Source: an uncultured Planctomycetota bacterium (lineage in GTDB: Bacteria; Planctomycetota; Planctomycetia; Isosphaerales; Isosphaeraceae). From it: a DNA stretch of 64,000 nt. Where the stretch lies: contig CAWGMQ010000004.1 in assembly GCA_963823665.1 (NCBI GenBank), forward strand, positions 2,976,001-3,040,000, read 5' to 3'. The position numbers were made by a program, and so were the translations under genes. Shown in pieces: positions 30,058 to 40,478 of this stretch (the first letter of the stretch is position 1; every line of letters starts with the position of its first letter). Below the pieces are notes generated by a model. The model was not told where the DNA came from, made no database searches, and was given only the letters and a program-made list of their open reading frames with translations.

Positions 30058-32690
30058 TCATCGAACGAACGGGTCGGGCGGGAAGCCGTGGTCGAGCCGA
30101 TCTGCGCCTGGTGCACTTTCGCGAGATTGAGCAAATGGAACTTGAGAGCCTGCTGGTAGAACGGCTGGCGCGGCATCGCGGCCAGTGCGGCCCGCTGATG
30201 TTTGATCGCTCGCTCGAGCTTCTCTCGCGCCTCCGGTAATCGTCCCTGGCCGATCTCGATCTCGGCGATGCGCTCGAGCGTGAAGCCGAGATAACTCTGA
30301 AAGGAGTGAACCGACGGGTTGTCGTGCGCCAGTCGTTCCCAGATCTCGACCGCCCTTCGGTACGATTCAAGCGCCGGAGCCACCGGCTTCGTGTCTTTGA
30401 GCAAGTCGCCGATGTTGGTAAGGCATGCGGCCAGCTCGCTCAGGCACAGCGTGGCCGAGGGATAGTCGCGCGCCAGCCGTTCCCGAATCACAAGCGTTCG
30501 CCGATACGACTCGAGTGCCTCGGCCGGATGGTTCGTCTCGGCCAGAAGTTTACCGATGTTGTAGCGGCTGACGGCCAGGTCGTGGTGAAACGCGTCGATC
30601 GTCGGGTTGTCGTGCGCCAGTCGCTCGAAGATCTCGAGCGCCTGGCGATGCGATTGGAGCGCCTCGGCGGGCCGGCCGGTGTCGGCGAGCAGTGCTCCGA
30701 TGTTGTTGTGACTCCAGGCCAGATAGCTCTGGTACTCGTTGACATCGGCCGTGGAGGTCGACGAGCCTTCTAAAGGTCGCGAGCGCCCCGCGGTACGACT
30801 CGAGTGCCTGAGCCGGCTGGCCCATTTCGTACTGCAGCTTACCAATGTTGTTGTGCACCGTGGCCAAGTCGCGCTGGTACTCGGTGACGGCGGGATTGTC
30901 GCGAGCGATACGCTCGAGGATCTCGAGTGCCCGGCGGAATGACTCGACTGCCTGCGCCCGCTGGCCTGTGTTGGTCAGCATGTTCCCCAGGACGTTGTGA
31001 CTTCCGGCCAAGTCGCTTTGATAACTGGCGACGGCGGGATTCTCGCGGGCCAGTTGTTCTCGGACGGCGAGCGCCTCGGAGTGCGACTGGATCGCGTCGG
31101 GGAGGCTGCCGAACTGGCTCGTGGTCTCGGCCAGGTCGAAGCTCGCGCCGGCGAGCCTGGTCAGCGCGTCGGGACGGGTCGCACTGTCGGCCCGGAGCTC
31201 TTCGCACAGTTTGCGGAAGAACTCGATCGGCTCTTTCAAGAGGGCCTGGCGCAGCCCACCCAGCTCCGCTTGGTTCTTGAGCACCGCGTTGGCCTGGACC
31301 ACGTCGCGGAACTTCTTCACCGCGGCGATTGCCAGATCCTCACGCGCTTCCGCCCGCCGCCGCTGCTTGTCCAGTTCCTGATTCTTGTGGACGAGAGCCA
31401 CGTTCGTGGTGTCGAGCTCGCGGTTCTTACTTGCCAGGACCGTTGCGAAGCCCGCGAGCGCGGCCAGGCCGAAGACCAGCACGGCCGCCGCGCTTGTGAC
31501 CAGCGTCCGATGCCGCCGCCTCCACCGCCCTACGCGAAGCCCGATCGGTTCGTGCCAGGCCGTCACCGGCTCGTCGGCCAGCCAGCGCTTCACATCCGCG
31601 GCCAGCTCGAGCGCCGTCGCATAACGGTCCGCCGGCCGCGCGGCCATCGCCTTCAGGCAGATCGCCGCCAGGCGCGCGGTGCCGCCGGCCCGATCCGCCC
31701 AGGCGCGGGGAACTCGCAGTGCCTCACCTGCTCGAGGATCTCGCCGTGGGCGCCGCCCCTGTAGGGAGCTTCGCCAGTCAGGATCGCATAGAGGATCGCT
31801 CCCAGGCTGAAAAGGTCGCTCGCCGGGCCCACCTCCGCCGGTTGCTCCCGGGCCTGTTCGGGACTCATGTACTGAAGCGTTCCCACCACCCCCAACGTGG
31901 GCGTGCCCGAGCCCGAGCTCGGTGTGAGAGCCTCTTCCCCGGCGCCGTCTGAGGCCTTATCTCGCTCGAAAGGCTTGGCCAGACCCCAGTCGACGACCAG
32001 GGTTTCGTCATACTGGCCCAGCATGATGTTCTGGGGCTTGAGGTCGCGATGGAGAATTCCCCGGCTGTGAGCGTACGCCACGGTGTTGCACACCGACACG
32101 AACCGGTTCAGCAAGTCGCGCAGCGCCAGCGAGCGCTCGGCCGGGTCGCGGCCGGGGCGCTCGGCGGCGTGGAAGGTATTGAGGGCGTCCTGGAGCGTCG
32201 TGCCGCGGATGAACCGCATGGCGTAGCATGGCGCGCCCGAGTCGTCGGTTCCCCGGGTGTAGATCGGCACGACGCCGGGATGCTCCAGCCGGCCCGTGAC
32301 CTCGGCTTCGAGGAGGAATCGACGCTGGCTGAGCGCGTCGCCCGAGCGGCCGGGCTTCAAGAACTTCAAGGCCACTTCGCGGTTGAGCCCGGCCTCGCGG
32401 GCCAGGAACACCTCACCCAAGCCCCCGGCGGCGTGGAAGCGGAGGTCGCTATACTCAGCCCGCGCGGCGGCCGCCTCCCGGCCGCCGGCCTTGACCGGCG
32501 CGTCGGTCAAGAACGCGTTGAAGGCGCAGAGCCGCGCGATGCGGCGGGCGAGCTCGCCGGCCAGCTCCGGGCAGGTGGAGCAGAGCTCTTCCGGAGAGCG
32601 ACTTTCGCCCTGCTCCTGGAGCTCCTCCCACCGCTCTAATAGCTCGTCCAGTCGCGCCTCGGTTTGGTCGGCGTGCAAAGGGGAAATCAT
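30058..32690 (-). CDS. Hanks-type Ser/Thr kinase with TM helix and TPR repeats (frameshifts near 31670, 30760 and 30100)
   Basis: AGGLGEV, VALK, HRDLKPQN, DWGLAK, GTLQYMSPEQ; TPR repeats; terminal LDHGFPPDPFVR* read in a shifted frame. Confidence 0.88.
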
Positions 32691-32716
32691 GTACTTCCTC
32701 CTGGTCGCGCCAGGGC

Positions 32717-33330
32717 TCAGAGGCCAGGCAACATCTCTCCCAGGGTCTCGACCAACTCCATCCGCGCTGACCGCCATCGGCGCTTGACGGTGACCTCGGA
32801 GACACCCAGGGCCTCGGCCGCATCGGCCTGTGACAGCCCCTGGTAGAAGAGCAGGTCGAACACCTCTCGCTCCTGCTCCGGGAGCGCCTCGGCCGCGCAA
32901 TGAAAGTCGGTCCAGGCGGCCAGGTGATCGGGGTCGCGAGTGGTGTCGGGCGGGTTGGGGCTCGCGGCGGCGACCTGCTCCGCCGGGCTGGAGCCGGCGA
33001 GGTTGGCTCCCAGGCCGTGGGCGCCGGAATAGCGCCTGGCCATGTCGATGAGCTCGCGGCGAATCTGAGCTGTCGCCAGCCGGAAAAAATCGGCAACTGT
33101 CGGTGGCTGCACCTCAGCGAGGGCCCGGCACAGCCGCAAGAGGGCGTTCTGCAGCACGTCGTCCGTCTGCTCCCAGCGATGCACGCCCGGGAAGTCCCGA
33201 AGCATCCTCCGCGTCAGACGGGTCAGCCGCTCCGAGACACAGACCAGCAGCTCGTCGCGCACCCTGGATCGCCCGTCCGGAGGCGCTCGATCGAACGCCG
33301 GATCTGCGTCGAATGGTCGTCGTCGGACAT
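32717..33330 (-). CDS. Kinase-associated ECF sigma factor (frameshift near 33262)
   Basis: MSDDDHSTQIRRSIERLRTGD..., WEQTDDVLQNALLRL, LPEQEREVFDLLFYQGLSQADAA, TVKRRWRSAR. Confidence 0.9.
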
Positions 33331-33519
33331 CGGACCGGTTCCCCCGAGCGCCACTGGCGGCGGCCTCGCTCGCTCGCTCGATCGTAGCCCATGACGAAAT
33401 CAGATTTCAAGCGGCTAGAAAATCAGTAGATATGAATGTGTGAGAAAATTGGGAAAGTAGACTGATGCTGTTCAAATCAAGTCTGACTTTTCCGGTAACC
33501 GCGGCCCGTTGCGGTGCAT

Positions 33520-34071
33520 TCAATCCATTTTCAACCCCCGGCGGTAGCGATTGATATGGAAGTGGCAAAGCGCAACGGCGCATGCGTCCGCCACGTCATG
33601 GGGCTCGGGAATTTCGTCGAGGCCGAGCTCGGTCTTGATCGCGTGCTGGATCTGTTCCTTGGGGGCGCGGCCGCTGCCGGTCAGGGTTTTCTTGATTCGC
33701 GTGGCGGCGTAGCTGACGACCGGGATTCCTCGCTGCGCGGCTGCCAGCACGATCGCCCCGCGTGCATGGGCCATCAAGATCGCGGTTCTGGGGTGCTGCA
33801 CGTGGCTGTGGAGCTGCTCGATGGCGAAGGAGCTGGGCATGTGCTGCTCCAGCACCTCGACGATGCCCTGGTAAATCGCACTGATGCGCTGGCCCAGTGT
33901 TGCGCCTCGGCCATGCGGGCGGATGACACCAGCCTCGAGGACGTATGGACCGCGCGGTGATGGGTCGACCACCGCGTAGCCCGTGACATTCAGGCCAGGG
34001 TCGACGCCGACCACTCGCCCGGTCACGGGGACGCCTCGGGGGCCATCCTTTCGTATGGGAATCGTAGCCAT
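33520..34071 (-). CDS. ruvC: Holliday junction resolvase RuvC
   Basis: GVDPGLNVTGY, AIEQ, GSGRAPKEQ, DVADACAVALCH. Confidence 0.96.
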   Translation of the reverse strand: MATIPIRKDGPRGVPVTGRVVGVDPGLNVTGYAVVDPSPRGPYVLEAGVIRPHGRGATLGQRISAIYQGIVEVLEQHMPSSFAIEQLHSHVQHPRTAILMAHARGAIVLAAAQRGIPVVSYAATRIKKTLTGSGRAPKEQIQHAIKTELGLDEIPEPHDVADACAVALCHFHINRYRRGLKMD

Positions 34072-34114
34072 CCGGGGCTTTCCTCTCCTCACTCAATTGG
34101 CGGGTCGGCCGTCT

Positions 34115-34190
34115 GGAGACCGTCGGTCACTGAGGAGGGCGGGGTCAGGAACCCGCGCCCAACAAAGATCGGGGACGGAGTCCCTCCTAC
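34115..34190. repeat. REP-like dispersed repeat (copy 2) plus a GTAG-type hairpin
   Basis: Matches 22985-23034; followed by GGGACGGAGTCCCTCCTAC. Confidence 0.7.
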
Positions 34191-34202
34191 TGATTCCAGT
34201 GC

Positions 34203-35712
34203 TCAGTGCTTGGACTCCACCCGCCACCGCGTGCCGTCGGGGCGGTCTTCCAGCGTCACGCCGAGCTCCGAGAGCCGCTTGCGAACTTCGTCGGCAAGAG
34301 CGAAGTTCTTTTCCTTGCGCAGCCGCGCTCGAAGCTCGATTAACAGTCCCATCAGCCCTTCGCTCAGCGAGTTATCAGCGGGCTTCGCGGTTGCTTGCGG
34401 TTGCCGGAACAAGCCCAGGATCTGGCTCAGCTCCTTGAGCACGGACATGCCGCGCTTAAATTCGGCAAGCTGGGCCGAACTGATCGCTCCCGCGGCGGCC
34501 GGGAGTTGATGAATGTATCGATTGAGCGCATGCACGATTTCAAACAGCTCGCCGATCGCCCCGCCAGTGTTGAAGTCATCGTCCATGTCGCCCAGGAACT
34601 GCTCGCGGTGTTCGGCGATCTCCTTGAGCAATGCCGAATCGCTGGGGTCGAGCGTTCCACGCTTTGTGGGCGCAGCAATCTTCTCAAACGGCTCGCCGGT
34701 CAGCTCGGCGTATCTTTCAAACGCCCGGTAGAAGGTTTGCAGGCTGCGATCGATCTCGTCGAGGCGGTGCGGGCCGAAGTCGATCGGACGGCGGTAGTGG
34801 CTCGAGAGAAGCAGAGCGCGAAGTGTGTCTGGTTTGTGGGCTTTGAGCAGGTCGCTCATCAGCACAATCGTGCCGGGGTCGGACTTGGAGATCTTTCGCC
34901 CCTCCTTGGTGAGCAGGCCGTTGTGCAGCCAGTACGTGGCGAACGGCTCACCTGTGTAAGACTCGGATTGCACCAGCTCGTTTTCGTGGTGGGGGAAGAC
35001 CAGGTCGAGCCCGCCGCCGTGGATGTCGAGGTGGCGGCCGAGGTATTTCATGCTCATGGCCGAGCATTCAATGTGCCAGCCGGGGCGGCCCGGCCCCCAG
35101 GGGCTCTCCCACGTCGGCTCGCCCGGCTTGGAGCTTTTCCACAGGGCAAAGTCGCCGGGGTGGCGCTTGATCGATGAGGGCTCGATGCGCGCTCCGGCGA
35201 GCAGCTCTTCCGGGTCGCGGTGGCTTAGCTTGCCGTAGTCGGAAGCCTTGGCGACGTTAAAGTAAACGTCGCCGGCCGATTCGTAGGCGAAGCCCTTGGG
35301 CGATGAGCGCCTCGTTGATCGCGATGATCTCGGCGATGTGCTCGGTGGCGCGCGGCATGTGGTCGATTCCGTCGACTCCGAGCGCCGCCAGGCAGTCGAG
35401 GTAATCGCGGGTGACGTGCTGGGCCAGCTCGTGCACGGTCGTGCCGTCTTTCTGGGCCTGCACGATCAGCTTGTCGTCGACGTCGGTGATGTTCACCACC
35501 CACGTCACCTCGTAGCCCAGATAGACGAGATATCGCTTGATGGTGTCGAAGATGACCGGCCCGACCATGTGCCCGATGTGGCTGGGCGAATAGACGGTCG
35601 GCCCGCAGACGTACATGCCGACCTTGCCGGGATGAACGGTCTGGAAGGGTTCTTTGGTCTGGGTGAGTGTGTTGTAGACGCGCAACGGCATGGAATTCGG
35701 AGACTCCGTCAT
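34203..35712 (-). CDS. cysS: Cysteine--tRNA ligase (frameshift near 35298)
   Basis: [55 protein letters not shown]. Confidence 0.96.
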
Positions 35713-36202
35713 TTGCTTGGCTCGATCAACACAACCGCCTGGCAAACCATCACCTCACCTCGGCCAACCGGCCCGGTGTGTTCCCCGGTTTTGGCTTTGA
35801 CATTCACGGCCCCCTCTTCGAGACCGAGCAGCCTTGCCAGGTTCGCTCGGATCGCCGGCTTGTGGGGGCTTAGCTTCGGTTCCTGTGCGTGGATGATGAC
35901 GTCGCAATTTGACGGCACCCACCCGGCCTGCTTGATTCGTTCAACAACTTCGGCCAGCAACCTGGTGCTATCCAATCCGCGCCACTTGGGATCGGTGTCG
36001 GGTAGTGCTCGCCGATATCGCCCATGCCGGCGGCGCCGAGCAGCGCGTCGGCGACAGCGTGGCAGACGACGTCGGCATCCGAGTGCCCGACCAGGCCCCG
36101 GGGATGGTCGATCCTGAGCCCACCCAGGAGAAGAGGGCGTCCCTCGCTTAGCTTATGCGTGTCATGCCCGATTCCCACCCGCACCAGAACTAACCCCCCC
36201 AT
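35709..36202 (-). CDS. ispF: 2-C-methyl-D-erythritol 2,4-cyclodiphosphate synthase (frameshift near 36000)
   Basis: [32 protein letters not shown]. Confidence 0.96.
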
Positions 36203-36382
36203 TTGTAGGAGTTACACTCCGTGTGCCGCCTGTCAGCCCTCAACGCTTAGTCATCTCAGAACGAGGATCGTAGCGTTTTCCACGCGACCCGGCTATCCCG
36301 GCAAATGAGCGGCTGCCTACCGACATTGTGGCAGGTCGTTTCCTGCCAATTACGCAAAAAATCCTTCAAGACCGGCAGCATC

Positions 36383-36412
36383 TTGACAAGCGTACCCCTG
36401 TGACATTAGATT
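36383..36412 (+). promoter_or_regulatory. Sigma70-like promoter TTGACA-N18-TAGATT for csrA
   Basis: Consensus -35 and near-consensus -10 in the intergenic region. Confidence 0.6.
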
Positions 36413-36514
36413 CACTAACGCAAATTAAGAGCTGTTTGCGACACTGCTTCGGGCGAATCGTGCGCGAGCCAGGTCACGATGGCATTCCACGTGCAGTAGA
36501 GCTCATTGCAGAAA

Positions 36515-36640
36515 AAAAACGGAGCATGGACGAGCCCGGAGAGCAGCCCGATCCAATGGAAGATCGGGCTTGAAAGGACGCAGGGGGCATCATCGGAGGT
36601 AGACCCCTCGAGCCAACATTTTGAGACGAAGGAGCAGGCA
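36515..36640 (+). promoter_or_regulatory. GGA-rich csrA leader (putative CsrA-binding sites)
   Basis: Seven GGA triplets; 9-bp stem AGCCCGATC/GATCGGGCT with loop CAATGGAA. Confidence 0.6.
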
Positions 36641-36835
36641 ATGCTGGTTCTCAGCCGGAAGCTGAATGAGAAGATCGTCATCGACGGTGGAATCGTTGTG
36701 ACGGTGGTGAAGATCGATCGCAACCAGGTCCGGTTGGGGATCGAGGCGCCCGCGAACGTGCGGATTTTCCGCGAGGAAATTGCCGCCGCAGAAGGCCACA
36801 CGTCATCCGAGCGACCCGTTGAAGTGGGTGTGTGA
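36641..36835 (+). CDS. csrA: Carbon storage regulator
   Basis: MLVLSRKLNEKIVI...QVRLGIEAPANVRIFREEI; AAGGAG RBS. Confidence 0.96.
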   Translation: MLVLSRKLNEKIVIDGGIVVTVVKIDRNQVRLGIEAPANVRIFREEIAAAEGHTSSERPVEVGV

Positions 36836-37097
36836 CGCCAACCGGTGCGATCGTTGATGCCAGCGCTCGCCGCCGCGGTCATCGCGCGGCGACAGTCTGG
36901 CGGCCTGGCGATTTCACACGTCTAACGGTGCGCAACCCGGCCGGCAGCCTCATTCAGTTTTCCCCCGCCGTCTTTGCCACGCCCCAGGCGATTTCACTCG
37001 ACAACGAATCGGTCGTAGAGTACCTTTTTGCGGTGTTCGACCGTTGTTTTACATCGCCCATAGGCGCCGCGGCGATTTCGCAAGAGGGTGACCCGTC

Positions 37098-38345
37098 ATG
37101 ACCGAGCATCGTCACAGCGACCCGGACCGGGCCTGTTCGATCAACCGTCGCGGCTTTCTGGGCGCGACTGCCGGAGTGGCGGCCGCGACGTCGCTGGGCG
37201 CGGGGGCGAAGCCGCAGGCGCAGACCGCTCCCGCGGAAAAGCAATCCGCGGTTCTTCCCAAGCGCAAGCTGGGACGCACGGGTGTCGATGTATCGATCCT
37301 CAATCTGGGAACGTGGCGGAGTGTTGGGCTGGATCGGATCCTCCGTTTTGCGTGGGCTAACGGCGTCCGCTACGTCGACACGGCCCAGAGCTACGGTTCC
37401 GAGCCCGCGATCGGGCGCTGGCTACAAACCATGCCGGAGGTCCGCAACGATCTGTTCCTCGTTACCAAGGACCATCCCAACACGCCGCGCGAGCTGATCA
37501 AGAAGCTCGATCAGCGGCTCGCAGCGCTGCAAACCGACTACGTCGATTTGATCTTTATTCACGCGCTGTGTGACGAACACACCGAAACGCAGATCCAGTG
37601 GCCCGTCAGCAAGGAGTTCATGGAAACAGCCGAGGCGATTCGCAAGTCTGGGAAGGCAAAGTTTGTCGGGTTCTCGACGCACCACATTCGGCGGCCGGAG
37701 ATTCTCGAGGCGGCTGCTCGAGGTGGGTTTGTCGACGCGATCATGCTGCAGAACAATCCCTGGATCGTCGAGGAACGACCATACCGGAACATCAACCGCG
37801 CACTCGACGCCTGCCACAAAGCCGGTATCGGTCTCATCTCGATGAAACAGCTCGCCGGGAATTACAACCTCGATTACGTCAGTCGAAAGCTTCCCGAGCT
37901 GGAGCAGAAGGGGCTGAAGCCCTATCAAGGATTGCTGCACGCCATCTGGACCGACGAGCGTTTTTCATCGTGCTGCGTATCGATGCGGAATACGGACCAG
38001 GTTCGCGAGAATGCGGAAGCGGCGCGGAAATTCAAGCCGTTGACGGCGGCCGAGATGACGCGGATGCGCGATGTGTTTCTCGCGGCCGGCCCAATGCTCT
38101 GCGCCGGATGCGACGGGCGGTGCAGCCACGCGGGAGGCACCACGGCCGAGCTGGGTAACCTCACGCGGTTCCTGACCTATCACGAGCATCACGGCTACCG
38201 CGGCGAAGCACGGCGGCTCTACTCCGAGATGACGGAAGCTGCCCGCGACTGGTCGGGCGCCGATCTGGAAGCCGCGCGGCAAGCTTGTCCGAGCAAGCTC
38301 GACTTCGCCAGCCTTCTCCCCAAGGCCGACCGGCTGCTGGGGTGA
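37098..38345 (+). CDS. Tat-signal aldo/keto reductase with C-terminal Cys cluster
   Basis: NRRGFLG; RKLGRTG, DTAQSY, LVTK, FIH; CAGCDGRC...CP. Confidence 0.88.
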   Translation: MTEHRHSDPDRACSINRRGFLGATAGVAAATSLGAGAKPQAQTAPAEKQSAVLPKRKLGRTGVDVSILNLGTWRSVGLDRILRFAWANGVRYVDTAQSYGSEPAIGRWLQTMPEVRNDLFLVTKDHPNTPRELIKKLDQRLAALQTDYVDLIFIHALCDEHTETQIQWPVSKEFMETAEAIRKSGKAKFVGFSTHHIRRPEILEAAARGGFVDAIMLQNNPWIVEERPYRNINRALDACHKAGIGLISMKQLAGNYNLDYVSRKLPELEQKGLKPYQGLLHAIWTDERFSSCCVSMRNTDQVRENAEAARKFKPLTAAEMTRMRDVFLAAGPMLCAGCDGRCSHAGGTTAELGNLTRFLTYHEHHGYRGEARRLYSEMTEAARDWSGADLEAARQACPSKLDFASLLPKADRLLG

Positions 38346-38389
38346 TCGAAGACCGACCACACCCCGTTAGCGCCCGGCGTCTCTAACCT

Positions 38390-38428
38390 GGCCGGCCCCG
38401 GCGAAGCCGTGGCGGGCCGGCCTTTCTG
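38390..38428 (+). terminator. Possible intrinsic terminator
   Basis: GGCCGGCCC...GGGCCGGCC stem followed by TTTCT. Confidence 0.5.
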
Positions 38429-38536
38429 GGCGACTGTCGACACTCCGAAGAATCTCGGGTAGGTTATTTGTTACCTGTTTCATTCTTACGCCAGTGCGCA
38501 GAGAGACGCCGCGATTCCGCGAGAGGAGAATCCGTC

Positions 38537-39775
38537 ATGAGCGACCACCATGATCAGGCCTGCAATGGAGCCTGTTCAATCAACCGTCGTGGCTTCCTAG
38601 GGGCAAGTGCGGGCATCGCCGCGGCGGCGTCGCTGGGGCAGGGCGGTGAAGCCGAGGCTCAGACCGCGGCCAAGACAACGCAGTCGACGCCGCTACTCAA
38701 GCGGAAGCTCGGCCGCACCGGTGTGGAGGTCTCGATTCTCAACTTCGGGACATATCAGCCCGATAGCCTCAACCGGCTTTTGCCCTTTGCGTGGTCTCTT
38801 GGCGTCCGGTACGTCGACACCGCTCAGAGCTACGGATCTGAGCCCGCCATCGCCAAGTGGTTGAAGACCTCACCGGAGATGCGGAAGGAATTGTTCCTGG
38901 TCACCAAGGACACGCCGCACACGCCGCGGGAGTTGATCGCGAAGCTCGACGAGCGCCTGGAGGCGCTCCAGACCGATTACATCGACCTGATCTTCATCCA
39001 CGCCGTCGGCGACCACAACACGAACGCTCAGGTCGAGTGGCCGGCGAGCAAGGAATTCAAGGAGACTGCCGAGGCGATTCGCAAGTCGGGCAAGGCGAAG
39101 TTCGTCGGGTTCTCGACCCATCACGCGCGGCGGCCGGAGATTTTGCAAAACGCGGCGAAGGGCGGTTTCGTCGACGCGATCATGTTGCAGAATAACCCCT
39201 GGAGCGCCAAGGAAGACGACATGAACCGGGCTCTTGACGCCTGTCACAAAGCGGGCATCGGCCTGGTCTCGATGAAGCAGATGGCCGGAAACGTGAACCT
39301 CGCCTACGTCGAGCGAAATCTGCCGGAACTCAAGGAAAAGGGACTCAAGCCGTATCAGGGACTGTTGCACGCGATCTGGACGGACGAGCGGTTTTCGGCG
39401 TGCTGCGTGTCGATGCGCAATACTGACCAGTTGCGCGACAACGCTGAAGCGGCCTGCAAGTTCAAGCCGCTGGAAACCGGGCTGATGGACCGGATGCGCG
39501 ACGTTTTCGTGGCGGCAGGCAAGACGCTTTGCAATGGCTGCGACGGTCGTTGCAGCCACGCCGCCGGCACGACGGCCGAGCTTGGCAACCTCACACGTTA
39601 CCTGACGTACCACGAGCATCACGGCGACCGCCAGGAAGCTCGCCGGCTTTATTCCGCGATGTCCGAGGCCGCACGTGCCTGGTCGGGAGCCGACCTCGAG
39701 GCCGCGCGGCAGGCTTGCCCGAGCAAGCTTGACTTCGCCAGTCTTTTGCCGAAGGCAGATGAGCTGCTCGGCTGA
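38537..39775 (+). CDS. Tat-signal aldo/keto reductase, tandem paralog
   Basis: Same motifs as 37098..38345; GAGGAG RBS. Confidence 0.88.
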   Translation: MSDHHDQACNGACSINRRGFLGASAGIAAAASLGQGGEAEAQTAAKTTQSTPLLKRKLGRTGVEVSILNFGTYQPDSLNRLLPFAWSLGVRYVDTAQSYGSEPAIAKWLKTSPEMRKELFLVTKDTPHTPRELIAKLDERLEALQTDYIDLIFIHAVGDHNTNAQVEWPASKEFKETAEAIRKSGKAKFVGFSTHHARRPEILQNAAKGGFVDAIMLQNNPWSAKEDDMNRALDACHKAGIGLVSMKQMAGNVNLAYVERNLPELKEKGLKPYQGLLHAIWTDERFSACCVSMRNTDQLRDNAEAACKFKPLETGLMDRMRDVFVAAGKTLCNGCDGRCSHAAGTTAELGNLTRYLTYHEHHGDRQEARRLYSAMSEAARAWSGADLEAARQACPSKLDFASLLPKADELLG

Positions 39776-39800
39776 GGCCCGAGCGTCAGACGACCAGAGG

Positions 39801-39850
39801 AAAAAGAAGGCCGGCCGGCCCGCATCTCTGCGGACCGGGCCGGCCTGTTC
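39801..39850. terminator. Possible intrinsic terminator
   Basis: AGGCCGGCC...GGCCGGCCT stem with an A-run on the left. Confidence 0.5.
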
Positions 39851-40181
39851 AGTCCGTGGTCGTGGGAAAACCTGAGAAGCGGTCCTGGCGGAGTTGGGAA
39901 GGTGGGAGGGGGGCGAAGCGGGTTTAGACGAATCGTCTCCGCTGGACGAAAAGTCGAATTCTCTTGGCTTCCATCCGCAGACGATATAAGATCTAGGGTT
40001 CCCAATCGCTTCCGGGTGTAGCCCCAGCGGAGCCTCGGGGTCGTCGGGGCGATCGAAGTCGGGAGCGGTCGACGAGGCGGGCTGCGCGGGAGTTCACGAG
40101 CGAGCGCGCTCGGCTGCGGCGCTTCGGGTCTTGTTTTATTCCGGTTGGTTTCATTTTCGAGAGGAGTAGGAGTTTCGGCCT

Positions 40182-40376
40182 ATGGTGAAGTTACGGGTTC
40201 GTGCCGGTGAGTCGATTCAGGAGGCGGTGCGCCGCTTCCGCAAGCTTTGTGAACGCAGCGGATTACGCAAGGAGATGCGCCGCAAAGCCTACTATGAAAA
40301 GCCCAGCGAACGAAGGCGCCGCGAAGAGCTGAAACGCTTACGCAAGGCTCGCCAGCATATGACCTCTCGGGTCTGA
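40182..40376 (+). CDS. rpsU: 30S ribosomal protein S21
   Basis: [12 protein letters not shown]...[10 protein letters not shown]. Confidence 0.96.
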   Translation: MVKLRVRAGESIQEAVRRFRKLCERSGLRKEMRRKAYYEKPSERRRREELKRLRKARQHMTSRV

Positions 40377-40478
40377 CCGAACAGGACAAAAGGCCGACTT
40401 CGCTCCGCTTCTAACCGACACGCGCCGGAACGATTGAGTTCGAGGCGCCGGGCCGGCCCGGAGTGATTGCTCCTCCCG

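Noticed and set aside
39960..40181. tRNA or other structured RNA upstream of rpsU
   Set aside because: GC-rich stems are present but no cloverleaf, T-loop or recognisable family motif.
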